Assembly (NCBI GenBank): GCA_001805645.1
Contig: MHGQ01000049.1
Span: 66,216-130,215, forward strand
Reading direction: 5' to 3'
Source: Omnitrophica WOR_2 bacterium RIFCSPHIGHO2_02_FULL_50_17
GTDB lineage: Bacteria; Omnitrophota; Gorgyraeia; Zapsychrales; Zapsychraceae
Length of the DNA: 64,000 nt
Made by a program: the position numbers and the translations under genes. The first letter of the stretch is position 1. The number at the start of each line of letters is the position of its first letter. Positions 1-9,007 of this stretch are shown here, piece by piece. The notes under the pieces were generated by a model. That model made no database searches. It saw only the letters and a program-made list of their open reading frames with translations, and had not been told where the DNA came from.

Positions 1-679
1 CGCGAAATACCATGTCATACATGAGCCTTAATTCCTTTTTCTTGTTGGGGATATTCTGAATCTGGTGTTTGGCAACTTCCGAGGCTGTCCTTGAAAAACC
101 CGTAAAATACAACAAGAGGTGATCCTGCAGACGGCGCAGCCTCTCCTCGGGGATCGTCACCATTCTTACCTGAAGATGGTTCTTCCCGCCGAACTCAATC
201 AGATTAAATCCGCCGTAAGCCGCCAGGGTCTGGTCTTGACAGCCCACATTATCGAGGCACTTTTCCTGCTCGACAAAAATGGCCTCCCTGGCCAGCCGCT
301 CCTTGGTGGGCATAACCCCTTTGAGCGCATAGAGGGCGTTTAAGAGCCCCACCGTAAACGAGGAGCTTGAGCCAAGACCTGTCCTGGCGGGGAGATCCCC
401 GTCATGATGGATTTCCACCCCCTGCCTGATCCTCAAAAACTTCAAGACCTCCCGCACCGCCGGATGGTCAATCTCGCTTACCTTTTTGACATGCTCCATC
501 TTGGAATAAATAATCCTGGATTTGTGGTCAAAAAAGGGCGGCAGATACCGGCAGCTGATATAGCAATATTTGTTAATAGTCGTGGCTAGAACCGCCCCCT
601 GATGCCCTTCAAACCATCCGGGATAATCGGTCCCCCCGCCGAAGAAAGAAACACGAAAAGGTGTGCGGCTTATAATCAT
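1..679 (-). CDS. GHMP-family sugar kinase, HddA-like (D-glycero-D-manno-heptose 7-phosphate kinase); 3' end runs off the window
   Basis: Not in the ORF track. Translated by hand from ATG at 679 (ATGA overlap with the upstream stop): MIISRTPFRVSFFGGGTDYPGWFEGHQGAVLATTINKYCY, the typical HddA-like N-terminus. Confidence 0.85.
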   Translation of the reverse strand, partial: MIISRTPFRVSFFGGGTDYPGWFEGHQGAVLATTINKYCYISCRYLPPFFDHKSRIIYSKMEHVKKVSEIDHPAVREVLKFLRIRQGVEIHHDGDLPARTGLGSSSSFTVGLLNALYALKGVMPTKERLAREAIFVEQEKCLDNVGCQDQTLAAYGGFNLIEFGGKNHLQVRMVTIPEERLRRLQDHLLLYFTGFSRTASEVAKHQIQNIPNKKKELRLMYDMVFR

Positions 680-2187
680 AAGACAGAGGCCTCCTCCAAA
701 ATTTTACGCTTGAGTTGAATTTGGGTAGACCTCAATGTTTCATCAACAGCTGTCTGCCCGAATTTTTGTTTCAATAAATTCAAAAATTGCGGATGCGTAT
801 GATACGTCATCCACGCCTTATCCCGGAAGGCCAAGACCTGATCGGCGGTTAAGTACCTCGTCGGCAAAGGCTGCGTATAATAGGAATGCTGAGAATATCC
901 GGCATAACAATCCGGAAGCCTCCAGCCCTTTTTCTTCGCCTCGCCGTAAAGGGGGCTCCCCGGATAGGCCATGGCTGAATAAAAATTGACCTCCTCGGTA
1001 TTCAATTCCAGAGCCAGATCGAGAGTCATCTGCATCGTTGCCATCGTATCCTCGGGAAGGCCGAAGATATAATTGGCAATCACACAAATATCATGGTCCC
1101 GAATCTTTTTAACGACAGCCCTGATATCCACGTCTTCAAAACGCCCCTTCGTGACGTCTTGGCGCACCTTGGTATTTCCGCTCTCAATGCCTAAAGCAAG
1201 CCACTTGACGCCCGCCCTTTTAAGCGTCTCAAGAAAATGCTCCTTGACTGTATCCACGCGGGAATAGCACCAGATGTTAAAATTAAACCCTCGCTCAATA
1301 ATCAATTCACACAACCGCATAAAATGATTCGTATTTAAGACAAACAACTCGTCGGCAATCTTAATGTTTTTGATTCCCTTCTTGGCAAACCCATCGAACT
1401 CTTCGATAATAAAATCAGGATCCCAATAACGAAATATAGCGCTGCCGTCGGCGTATTCGTTTTCCTGACGGTTAATAATGTTGATCATACAGAAAGAGCA
1501 CCGCATCGGACACCCCAAACTGGTATAAAGCGCGGCAAAGGGCTGCCTCTGGCAATTATTGGGATACGAATGCCACAAAGAGGTCCGGTACCTCTCTAAG
1601 GGAAGTTTATCCCACGCCACCCCGGGCAGTTCCTGCGGTAAATCCCACCTAGACACGATGGGAGACGGCTTGTTTAAAATAATCTCCCCGTCCTGACGAT
1701 ACCCCAAACCGTCCACCTGCTCAAGCTTGTCCTCTAAATTGGTTCTTAAGAGGTTGGAGATGGTGTAAACCCCCTCGTTCTGGCAAACCATATCCACGCA
1801 AGGGTGTTTCTCCAAAACTTCCCGCGGCAGGGCCGCCACATGCCCACCGACGAATAATGTCTTCCCTTGAGGCCATACCTCTTTGAGGGTCCCTGCTAAC
1901 GCAACCGCCCCATCCATATTCTGGGAGCTCGCCGACGGCTGCTGGCCGTAGACCACAAAACACGCCGCCCTCGGATTTAATTCTTGTATCCTGTAAGCCG
2001 CCTCTTGGTCGCTGAGACGCAAAGCCGCGCAATCCAGGATTTCCGCGCTGAAACCTTTATGCAGGCAGTGGGAGGCCAGCATTCCGGCCCATATCGGCGG
2101 CTCAACGGCAGAAAAATCTTTACTGAGATCCTGATAATTCTTCTTTGCGGAATCAGAATGGATAAAAAGAATGTCTAATTGGCTCAT
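676..2187 (-). CDS. B12-binding radical SAM protein (class B methyltransferase-like)
   Basis: CxxxCxxC motif (GCPMRCSFC) and an N-terminal cobalamin-binding-like region (VGGHVAALP). Confidence 0.9.
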   Translation of the reverse strand: MSQLDILFIHSDSAKKNYQDLSKDFSAVEPPIWAGMLASHCLHKGFSAEILDCAALRLSDQEAAYRIQELNPRAACFVVYGQQPSASSQNMDGAVALAGTLKEVWPQGKTLFVGGHVAALPREVLEKHPCVDMVCQNEGVYTISNLLRTNLEDKLEQVDGLGYRQDGEIILNKPSPIVSRWDLPQELPGVAWDKLPLERYRTSLWHSYPNNCQRQPFAALYTSLGCPMRCSFCMINIINRQENEYADGSAIFRYWDPDFIIEEFDGFAKKGIKNIKIADELFVLNTNHFMRLCELIIERGFNFNIWCYSRVDTVKEHFLETLKRAGVKWLALGIESGNTKVRQDVTKGRFEDVDIRAVVKKIRDHDICVIANYIFGLPEDTMATMQMTLDLALELNTEEVNFYSAMAYPGSPLYGEAKKKGWRLPDCYAGYSQHSYYTQPLPTRYLTADQVLAFRDKAWMTYHTHPQFLNLLKQKFGQTAVDETLRSTQIQLKRKILEEASVL

Positions 2188-2191
2188 GGCA

Positions 2192-3148
2192 TCAAACGTT
2201 CGTCAAGTGACTGGACATGGATCGGTTCGCGTTAATAACGGTAAACCCTTTAATTAATTCCTGGATACCCGCGGAAAGAGATACTTGCGGATGGAACCCC
2301 GTCTTTTCGATTTTTTCATTGCTGACAATATAATCCCTCTTATCGGGGTCTTTCCCCGTTTTGGATTCCGTAAATTTAAAATCGGGGACGTGTTTTTTGA
2401 TCGCCTCGCACAGTTCCAGTTTGCTCAAATTGGCGTCGCTTAGGCCGACATTGTACGCCTGATCCTTAACCTTGTCGAAATTCTTGAGCATATGCAAAAA
2501 GGCGTGCGCGACATCCCGGACATGGATAAAGTTACGCTTAAAATGGGGCTCAAAGAGTTCGACGTAACCTTCCTTCACGGCCCGGAAGGTAAAGTCATTC
2601 ACCAGAAGATCGAGGCGCATCCGCGGGGATATGCCAAAGGCCGTGGCGAGGCGCAGCGTCACGCCGTTTCCAGCGCTCAAGACTGCTTCTTCAGTATGGA
2701 CTTTCAACCGGCCATATAAAGAAATCGGTCTCAAAGGCGTTTCCTCCGTGCAGAATTTTCCCTTTTCCCCTACACCGTAACCGCTGTTCGTCGTCGGGTA
2801 AATGATCATCTGGCTTTTGCTGCGCAGTTTTAAGATCAGTTTCAACGCGTCCAAAATGATTTCCTGCGCCTCTTGCGGCTTCTTGTCACACAAAGGCGCC
2901 CCGGTCAAACACGCCAATGGGAAAATGGCGTCAGATTTCCTGATGAGTTCACCCATCAATTTTTCATCGCGCGCGTCGCCACGGATGATGGTCAGCCCCG
3001 GATAATGACAGCAATCCAAAAGCGAGGTCTGGCCGTACATAAAATTATCCACGACTGTGACCTGATGCCCCGCCGCCAAAAGCTGCGGGACCATAACCGA
3101 ACCGAGATATCCTGCCCCGCCTGTGACTAATATATTCATAGCACACAC
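2192..3148 (-). CDS. NAD-dependent nucleotide-sugar epimerase/dehydratase
   Basis: TGGAGYLG Rossmann motif and YxxxK (YGRLK). Confidence 0.9.
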   Translation of the reverse strand: MCAMNILVTGGAGYLGSVMVPQLLAAGHQVTVVDNFMYGQTSLLDCCHYPGLTIIRGDARDEKLMGELIRKSDAIFPLACLTGAPLCDKKPQEAQEIILDALKLILKLRSKSQMIIYPTTNSGYGVGEKGKFCTEETPLRPISLYGRLKVHTEEAVLSAGNGVTLRLATAFGISPRMRLDLLVNDFTFRAVKEGYVELFEPHFKRNFIHVRDVAHAFLHMLKNFDKVKDQAYNVGLSDANLSKLELCEAIKKHVPDFKFTESKTGKDPDKRDYIVSNEKIEKTGFHPQVSLSAGIQELIKGFTVINANRSMSSHLTNV

Positions 3149-3153
3149 TCCCT

Positions 3154-4119
3154 CTAATCCTTTATCCCTTTGATCCTTTCCTCCTCTAATCCTTTATCTC
3201 TATTTTTATGCCACTCATACGTCCTGCGGATCCCCTCTTCCAGGGATACCTTCGACTGCCACCCCAACTGCCTGATATCGCTGTTGTCCAACAGTTTCTG
3301 CAGAGTCCCGTCGGGCTTGGACTCATCAAAGACAACCTCTCCCTGGAAACCTGAGACCCGTTGAATCATCTGCGCTAACTCTTGAATAGTTAAATCGCTC
3401 CCGTAACCCATATGAATCACCTTCTCTCCCTCGTAGCGATCCATCAAAAGATGGCACCCTTGCGCAAAGTCATCCGTATAGAGAAATTCCCGTCTGGGCC
3501 GGCCCGTGCCCCAGACGACAACCTGCTTTTGATTATTCTTAACCGCCTCGCAAAATTTATAGATTAAAGCGCCCATCACATGCGCCGTTTCCAAGCAAAC
3601 ATCGCTTCCAGGGCCGAAAAGGGTCGGAGGAATAGCGACAATGGCATTAAGCCCGTATTGCCTGCGGTAGGCCTGGCAGAGTTTAATGCCGGCGATCTTG
3701 GCAACGGCATACGGTTCGCTTGTTTTTTCCAGGTCCCCTGTCAGCAGGTATTCCTCTCGAATAGGCTGAGGACAGTTTTTGGGATAAACACAGGAACTCG
3801 CCAAAAAGAGCAGCTTTTTCACGCCAAATTTATGCGCCGCATAGATAACATTGTTCTGGCTCTCCAGATTATGATAAATAAACTCCCCCGCCTGCCTTTG
3901 ATTGGCCTCAATGCCGCCGGAGCGCGTCGAGGCCAGAAACACATATTCCGGCCGGTATTTAGAGAAACATTCGTAAACGGACGGCTGTATCGTTGTGTTG
4001 AGGGCTATCGCCGACGAAGAAACAACATTTTTGAAACCATAGGATTGAAAATGCCCCGTTAACGTCTGCTCGAGGATGTCGTTATGTCCGACAATGAGAA
4101 TTTTCGCATTTTTATCCAT
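3154..4119 (-). CDS. fcl: GDP-L-fucose synthase family protein
   Basis: GGIEAN, SSCVYPK, YAVAK, WGTGRPRREF and KPDG motifs. Start set at MDKNAK (4119) because the longer ORF runs into a palindromic repeat. Confidence 0.8.
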   Translation of the reverse strand: MDKNAKILIVGHNDILEQTLTGHFQSYGFKNVVSSSAIALNTTIQPSVYECFSKYRPEYVFLASTRSGGIEANQRQAGEFIYHNLESQNNVIYAAHKFGVKKLLFLASSCVYPKNCPQPIREEYLLTGDLEKTSEPYAVAKIAGIKLCQAYRRQYGLNAIVAIPPTLFGPGSDVCLETAHVMGALIYKFCEAVKNNQKQVVVWGTGRPRREFLYTDDFAQGCHLLMDRYEGEKVIHMGYGSDLTIQELAQMIQRVSGFQGEVVFDESKPDGTLQKLLDNSDIRQLGWQSKVSLEEGIRRTYEWHKNRDKGLEEERIKGIKD

Positions 4120-4131
4120 AACGTAAATCGC

Positions 4132-4216
4132 GTAGGGGCGCATTGCTCCGACATTCGCTCTGCTCAGTCGGAGTCCCGACCGACGAAGTCGGAGTGTCGG
4201 GACAATACGCCCCTAC
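4132..4216. repeat. Nested palindromic element: GTAGGGGCG...CGCCCCTAC REP-like shell around a TCCGAC/GTCGGGA double hairpin
   Basis: Inverted repeats at 4132-4145 and 4203-4216. The inner 4146-4202 resembles the elements at 21860 and 58133. Confidence 0.8.
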
Positions 4217-4217
4217 A

Positions 4218-4754
4218 TTATTTTTCGTTATACAAATTCCCATGTTCAATCAGAAGGGTGGCCCTGGCCTCTTCGCGTTCCAGGGCATGTTTGTACGCCG
4301 GGAAGATTTCATCCGGCTCATTGAGTTCAACGACCTCAATCCAGGAAAACATGCGCCGGAAAGCCTCGGCGTAATTGCCTACGTGCTGATGCCCGGGATG
4401 GACAGGCGCATCCGGCCCTGAGGCCGCGCGGATAATGACCTTAGGCAGAACTCGGTTGGAACTGATGGCCGGCATTTTATCCAGCATATTCACCATATCC
4501 GCCGTTGCCAATAAAAGAAAATTCTGCCGAGGGTACACAGATATGGGGATATATCCCGCCAGGGCCAGGCCTAAGGTAAACTGCATCTGAAAGCTTTCGT
4601 TGACAGGCATCTCAACTCTTTTATCGGGGGAGACGTCCTGAAGGGTGGAATACATAAATGTCCCAGGCCCTGCTACGGTCTGGCCGATAAAAATCGTTTT
4701 AGGGTGCTGGGCAACCCATTCCATCGTTCGTTTAATTTCGTCAAAGTATCGCAT
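4218..4754 (-). CDS. ThDP enzyme beta-like subunit (transketolase pyrimidine-binding domain only)
   Basis: EMPVNESFQM, GLALAG and HPGHQH motifs. Short (178 aa), with no transketolase C-terminal domain. Confidence 0.8.
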   Translation of the reverse strand: MRYFDEIKRTMEWVAQHPKTIFIGQTVAGPGTFMYSTLQDVSPDKRVEMPVNESFQMQFTLGLALAGYIPISVYPRQNFLLLATADMVNMLDKMPAISSNRVLPKVIIRAASGPDAPVHPGHQHVGNYAEAFRRMFSWIEVVELNEPDEIFPAYKHALEREEARATLLIEHGNLYNEK

Positions 4755-4775
4755 CGTTTAAGACCATGGTCCCCA

Positions 4776-5408
4776 TCAAAATTTAATTTTCCACCCCAGC
4801 CCCGAGTGAGGATAATTGTTCTTATACCGGAAATAAATAATCTTCTTCTCATATTTTGTCCCGAGAAACCACGGTTCCGGGGAGCCCCAGACCTTCCGCG
4901 TCTCGGTCATCACGCTCAATCCGTTATCGCAGACCACAAACACGACCGGCAGGTCGAAAGAAACGGCGTATTTGACCGCCTCGTGAAAAATTCCGGTCTC
5001 AGAAGACATATCTCCGCAGAAGATATAAACCCGGCCCCTTTGGTTCTGCCTTTGGAGCGCCCAGGCCACACCCACGGCGGTCCCCATGAGACTCCCGACG
5101 ATGCCGGTGCAGAAAATCTTGTATTCCGGAAAACATAAGGAGATACTCTTTCCATCCAAGATAGCCTGCTTGACCTCTTCCCGGGGCACACCCTTGAGAA
5201 GCGCCAGCTCGTGGGAATCCCAATGCCCAAAGACATAATCTTCAGAGGCGATACTGTTGTCTTTGAAGATTTGGATCAGTTGCTCCTCCCTGCCGGAGCG
5301 CAAGTGCACCGGAGCTTTGATGACTCCCGTCGCATAAATCTCAGCGATTTCCTTCTCAAAATCGCAGAGATCTTCTTTAGTTATCTCGCGATATTTTGTT
5401 TGAACCAT
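4776..5408 (-). CDS. ThDP enzyme alpha-like subunit (E1-alpha/transketolase N-terminal domain)
   Basis: APVHL..G.E and GIVG motifs, plus a GD(M)...DN ThDP-binding motif. Confidence 0.8.
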   Translation of the reverse strand: MVQTKYREITKEDLCDFEKEIAEIYATGVIKAPVHLRSGREEQLIQIFKDNSIASEDYVFGHWDSHELALLKGVPREEVKQAILDGKSISLCFPEYKIFCTGIVGSLMGTAVGVAWALQRQNQRGRVYIFCGDMSSETGIFHEAVKYAVSFDLPVVFVVCDNGLSVMTETRKVWGSPEPWFLGTKYEKKIIYFRYKNNYPHSGLGWKIKF

Positions 5409-6334
5409 CGGATCGTTTCCTGAAGGCCATCCTCTAATTTAACCTGCGGGGACCATTTCAAATATTTCTTGGCAAAGGTGATATCGGGCCTGCGCTGCTT
5501 CGGGTCATCCACCGGTAGCGGCTTAAAAATAATCTTGCTCTTTGCATGGGAGACATCCATAACCAGCCTGGCGAATTCCAGAATCGTGAATTCATCCGGG
5601 TTGCCTATATTAACCGGCATCGTGACATTCGACCTCAAAAGACGAATAATTCCCTCGATAAGATCGGAGTAATAACAAAACGACCTGGTCTGCGCACCGC
5701 GGCCATAGACCGTCAGGGGCTTATTGTGAATAGCCTGATAGATAAAATTCGGCACGACCCGGCCGTCCTGGATGCGCATCCGCGGGCCATAGGTGTTAAA
5801 GATGCGCACAATCCGCGTATCAATTTTATGATAGCGGTGATACGCCATGGTGATGGCCTCAGCAAACCGTTTGGCCTCATCATAAACACCCCGCGGCCCA
5901 ATGGGATTCACGTGCCCCCAATAGGATTCCTTCTGGGGATGCTCTTCGGGGTCCCCGTAGACCTCAGAGGTCGAGGCCAACAGATACCTCGCCTTCTTCA
6001 GCTTGGCCAGACCGAGCGTAATGTGACTCCCCAGCGCCCCCACTTTAAGGGTAGGGATAGGATAATTCAGATAATCCACAGGGCTTGCCGGAGAGGCAAA
6101 ATGAAGGACATAATGCACATGCCCTCCCAGACGAAATTCTTTGGAGATATCGTGCTTAATAAACTCAAAATTTTTATCCTTCCAGAGATGCCGGACATTA
6201 TCCAAGTTTCCTGTAATGAGGTTATCCACGCAAAAGACCTTTAAGCCATCCTGGATAAACCGGTCACAGAGGTGGCTTCCCAAAAAGCCGGCCCCGCCGG
6301 TGATGACAATTCTTTTCTTCTTATCGGACAACAC
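5381..6334 (-). CDS. UDP-glucuronate decarboxylase (UDP-xylose synthase) family
   Basis: [32 protein letters not shown] and [10 protein letters not shown] motifs. Confidence 0.9.
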   Translation of the reverse strand: MLSDKKKRIVITGGAGFLGSHLCDRFIQDGLKVFCVDNLITGNLDNVRHLWKDKNFEFIKHDISKEFRLGGHVHYVLHFASPASPVDYLNYPIPTLKVGALGSHITLGLAKLKKARYLLASTSEVYGDPEEHPQKESYWGHVNPIGPRGVYDEAKRFAEAITMAYHRYHKIDTRIVRIFNTYGPRMRIQDGRVVPNFIYQAIHNKPLTVYGRGAQTRSFCYYSDLIEGIIRLLRSNVTMPVNIGNPDEFTILEFARLVMDVSHAKSKIIFKPLPVDDPKQRRPDITFAKKYLKWSPQVKLEDGLQETIRWFKQNIAR

Positions 6335-6350
6335 CCTCTCCTTCTATGCG

Positions 6351-7652
6351 TTAGAACTTAACAACCTTGTTGCTCCTTACGCCTGCGTAGACATTGCGGA
6401 TATCATAAATCAGACGACCATGCTTTAATATGTCTTTATAATCAACCCGAGTATGGTCTGTGGCAATAATGATGCAATCGTAACGGGACAATAGAGTCTC
6501 CGACAGCTTAATAGAGCTCAAGCGAATTCCCCCGATATCCAAATAAGGGATAATGGGGTCATAATACTCCACCCGGGCGCCCTTGCCTTGCAGGATTTCA
6601 ATCAGTTTAAGCGGAGGCGATTTGCGCAGGTCCTTGACGTCTTTTTTATAGGTAACCCCTACGATTAACAGCCTTGCCCCTGAAAGGCGTTTTTTCTTTT
6701 TCCCCAGAATACCGGCCAGACAATCCGCAACGTAACGAGGCATATTGGAATTGATATCCGCTGAGAGTTTAATAAATTTCGAGCTAAAGCCGTGATGCTT
6801 CGCCTTCCAATAAAGATAGAGCGGATCATCCGGAATACAGTGCCCCCCCACCCCAAGACCGGGATAAAACGGCATAAAACCAAACGGCTTGGTCTTGGCG
6901 GCCTCGATGATTTCCCAGACGTCAATCCCTAATTTGTGGCACATCATGGCCACCTCATTAACCCAGCCGATGTTGATGATCCGAAACGTGTTCTCGAGAA
7001 GTTTCGTCATCTCCGCGGCCCTGGCCGAAGAAACCAGATGCACCTGCCGGATAATCTTCTGATACAATAATTGGGTCAACTCCCCGCTTGCCGCCGAAAG
7101 TCCACCGACAATCTTAGGAATTCGCGTCACGTCATACTTGGGATTGCCGGGGTCAATCCGTTCCGGAGAAAAGGCCAGAAAGAAATCCTTCTCGGCCTTA
7201 AGACCGCTTTTCTCCAACTCGGGCTTGATCAGCTCTTCGGTCGTGCCGGGATAAGTGGTGCTTTCCAAGACAATCAGCATATTTTTCTTTAAAAATCGGC
7301 GGATCGTCCTGACGGCACTGACGATATAGGTAATATCGGGCGTATACTTGCGCTTAAGAGGCGTTGGGACACAAATGATAATAACATCCGCCGTTTTTAA
7401 CACCTCAAATTCCGTCTCCGCCCGTAAACGGCCGTTGCCAACCACCTCGGCCAGTTCTTTACTTGGGATATCCAGGATATAGCTGACCTTCTTATTGACA
7501 TTGGCGACACGGTCGGTATCTTTGTCGAGGCCGAAGACCTGAAATCCCTTCTTGGCAAAATTGACCGCCAAAGGAAGCCCCACATACCCCAATCCGATAA
7601 CGGCAATTCTGGCCTTGCCGGCCGCAATCTTTCTATTAAGGAAATTTGTCAT
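6351..7652 (-). CDS. UDP-N-acetylhexosamine 6-dehydrogenase (WbpA/WecC type)
   Basis: GLGYVGLPLA, ESTTYPGTT, SPERIDPGN and GGHCIP motifs. Confidence 0.9.
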   Translation of the reverse strand: MTNFLNRKIAAGKARIAVIGLGYVGLPLAVNFAKKGFQVFGLDKDTDRVANVNKKVSYILDIPSKELAEVVGNGRLRAETEFEVLKTADVIIICVPTPLKRKYTPDITYIVSAVRTIRRFLKKNMLIVLESTTYPGTTEELIKPELEKSGLKAEKDFFLAFSPERIDPGNPKYDVTRIPKIVGGLSAASGELTQLLYQKIIRQVHLVSSARAAEMTKLLENTFRIINIGWVNEVAMMCHKLGIDVWEIIEAAKTKPFGFMPFYPGLGVGGHCIPDDPLYLYWKAKHHGFSSKFIKLSADINSNMPRYVADCLAGILGKKKKRLSGARLLIVGVTYKKDVKDLRKSPPLKLIEILQGKGARVEYYDPIIPYLDIGGIRLSSIKLSETLLSRYDCIIIATDHTRVDYKDILKHGRLIYDIRNVYAGVRSNKVVKF

Positions 7653-7676
7653 TTCTCAATCCTCGATTCTCAATTT

Positions 7677-9005
7677 TTACTTTCGGATGTTGCCGCGCCC
7701 TATCCCATAATACTCGAACCCAAGCTCTTCGAGGCTGCGGTCATGATAAACGTTGCGGCCGTCAAAAAGGATTGGGTGCCGCATCAAACGCTTTATCTTC
7801 TTAAAATCCAATTTCTTAAATTCCTCCCATTCGGTCAAGACCAAAAGACAGTCGCATCCCTTAGCCAAGAGATACGGATTGGGACAATAGGTCACTTTCT
7901 TTAATATCTTTCTGGCATAGGGGACGGCCTGGGGGTCATAGGCCTTGATTCTGGCCCCTTCATGTTGAAGGGCATGGATAATATCAACGGCGGGGGCATT
8001 GCGCATATCGTCGGTGTTGGGTTTAAAGGCCAATCCCAAAACCCCCAGCGTCTTATCCTTCACAATCCACAATTTATCTTCAATAAGACGGACAAAAAGA
8101 TTCTTCTGCTCTTCATTAACCTGCCGCACCTCTTTCAGGAGATTAAAATGATAACCGCTCTTTTCACTGAGACGGATAAACGCATCCACATCTTTCGGGA
8201 AACAGCTCCCCCCGTAGCCGATGCCCGCATCGAGAAACCGGCGTCCGATGCGCTTGTCTAGGCCCATGCCGTCGGCGACTTTTAAAACATCGGCCCCCAC
8301 ATGATCGCAAATCTGGGCGATGGCGTTAATAAAAGAAATCTTGGCCGCCAGGAATGAATTGGAGGCGTGTTTAATCAATTCGGCGGAATGGATGTCTGTT
8401 ACCACTATATGGGGCTTAAGAGGTTCGTATATCTCCCGCAGGAGATTCTCGGCCTTCTTGGACTCTACCCCGATAACGACACGGTCCGGGTGCATAAAAT
8501 CATCAACCGCCGATCCCTCCCGCAGAAATTCCGGATTGGAGGCCACGTCAAAATCGAGCGTCACTTCACTCCCTCTCTTAAATCTCCCCGGCAGATTCAT
8601 GGTGATCGTGCGTTTAATACGCTGCCCAGTCTCCGCCGGCACCGTGGACTTTTCAACAATCAACTTGTAAGAATCCATGGCCAGCGCAATCTGGCGAGAG
8701 ACATTTTCTACATATGTCAAATCAGCCTCCCCGTTTTTCTTGGAAGGCGTCCCGACGGCGATAAAAATGACTGTTGACTTTTTTGTTGCCTCCTGGATGG
8801 AAGCGGAAAACGCCAGGTATCTGGTTTTAAGATACTTCTTGAGTAAATCCTCCAAATCAGGTTCATAAAAAGGCACTTTCCCCTGCTTTAATTTCTTGAT
8901 CTTTTCTCGGTTGTTGTCCACACAGATAACCCTGTGTCCCAAGTGCGCCAGGCACACCCCTGTCACCAGCCCCACATACCCCGATCCGATAACAGCGATA
9001 TTCAC
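7677..9005 (-). CDS. ugd: UDP-glucose 6-dehydrogenase
   Basis: GSGYVG, NPEFLREG, GGSCFPKD and LAFKPNTDD motifs. Confidence 0.92.
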   Translation of the reverse strand: MNIAVIGSGYVGLVTGVCLAHLGHRVICVDNNREKIKKLKQGKVPFYEPDLEDLLKKYLKTRYLAFSASIQEATKKSTVIFIAVGTPSKKNGEADLTYVENVSRQIALAMDSYKLIVEKSTVPAETGQRIKRTITMNLPGRFKRGSEVTLDFDVASNPEFLREGSAVDDFMHPDRVVIGVESKKAENLLREIYEPLKPHIVVTDIHSAELIKHASNSFLAAKISFINAIAQICDHVGADVLKVADGMGLDKRIGRRFLDAGIGYGGSCFPKDVDAFIRLSEKSGYHFNLLKEVRQVNEEQKNLFVRLIEDKLWIVKDKTLGVLGLAFKPNTDDMRNAPAVDIIHALQHEGARIKAYDPQAVPYARKILKKVTYCPNPYLLAKGCDCLLVLTEWEEFKKLDFKKIKRLMRHPILFDGRNVYHDRSLEELGFEYYGIGRGNIRK

Positions 9006-9007
9006 GT

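Noticed and set aside
4218-5408. Pyruvate dehydrogenase E1 alpha/beta call
   Set aside because: The subunits are much shorter than E1, no E2/E3 genes are nearby, and the context is a glycan cluster.
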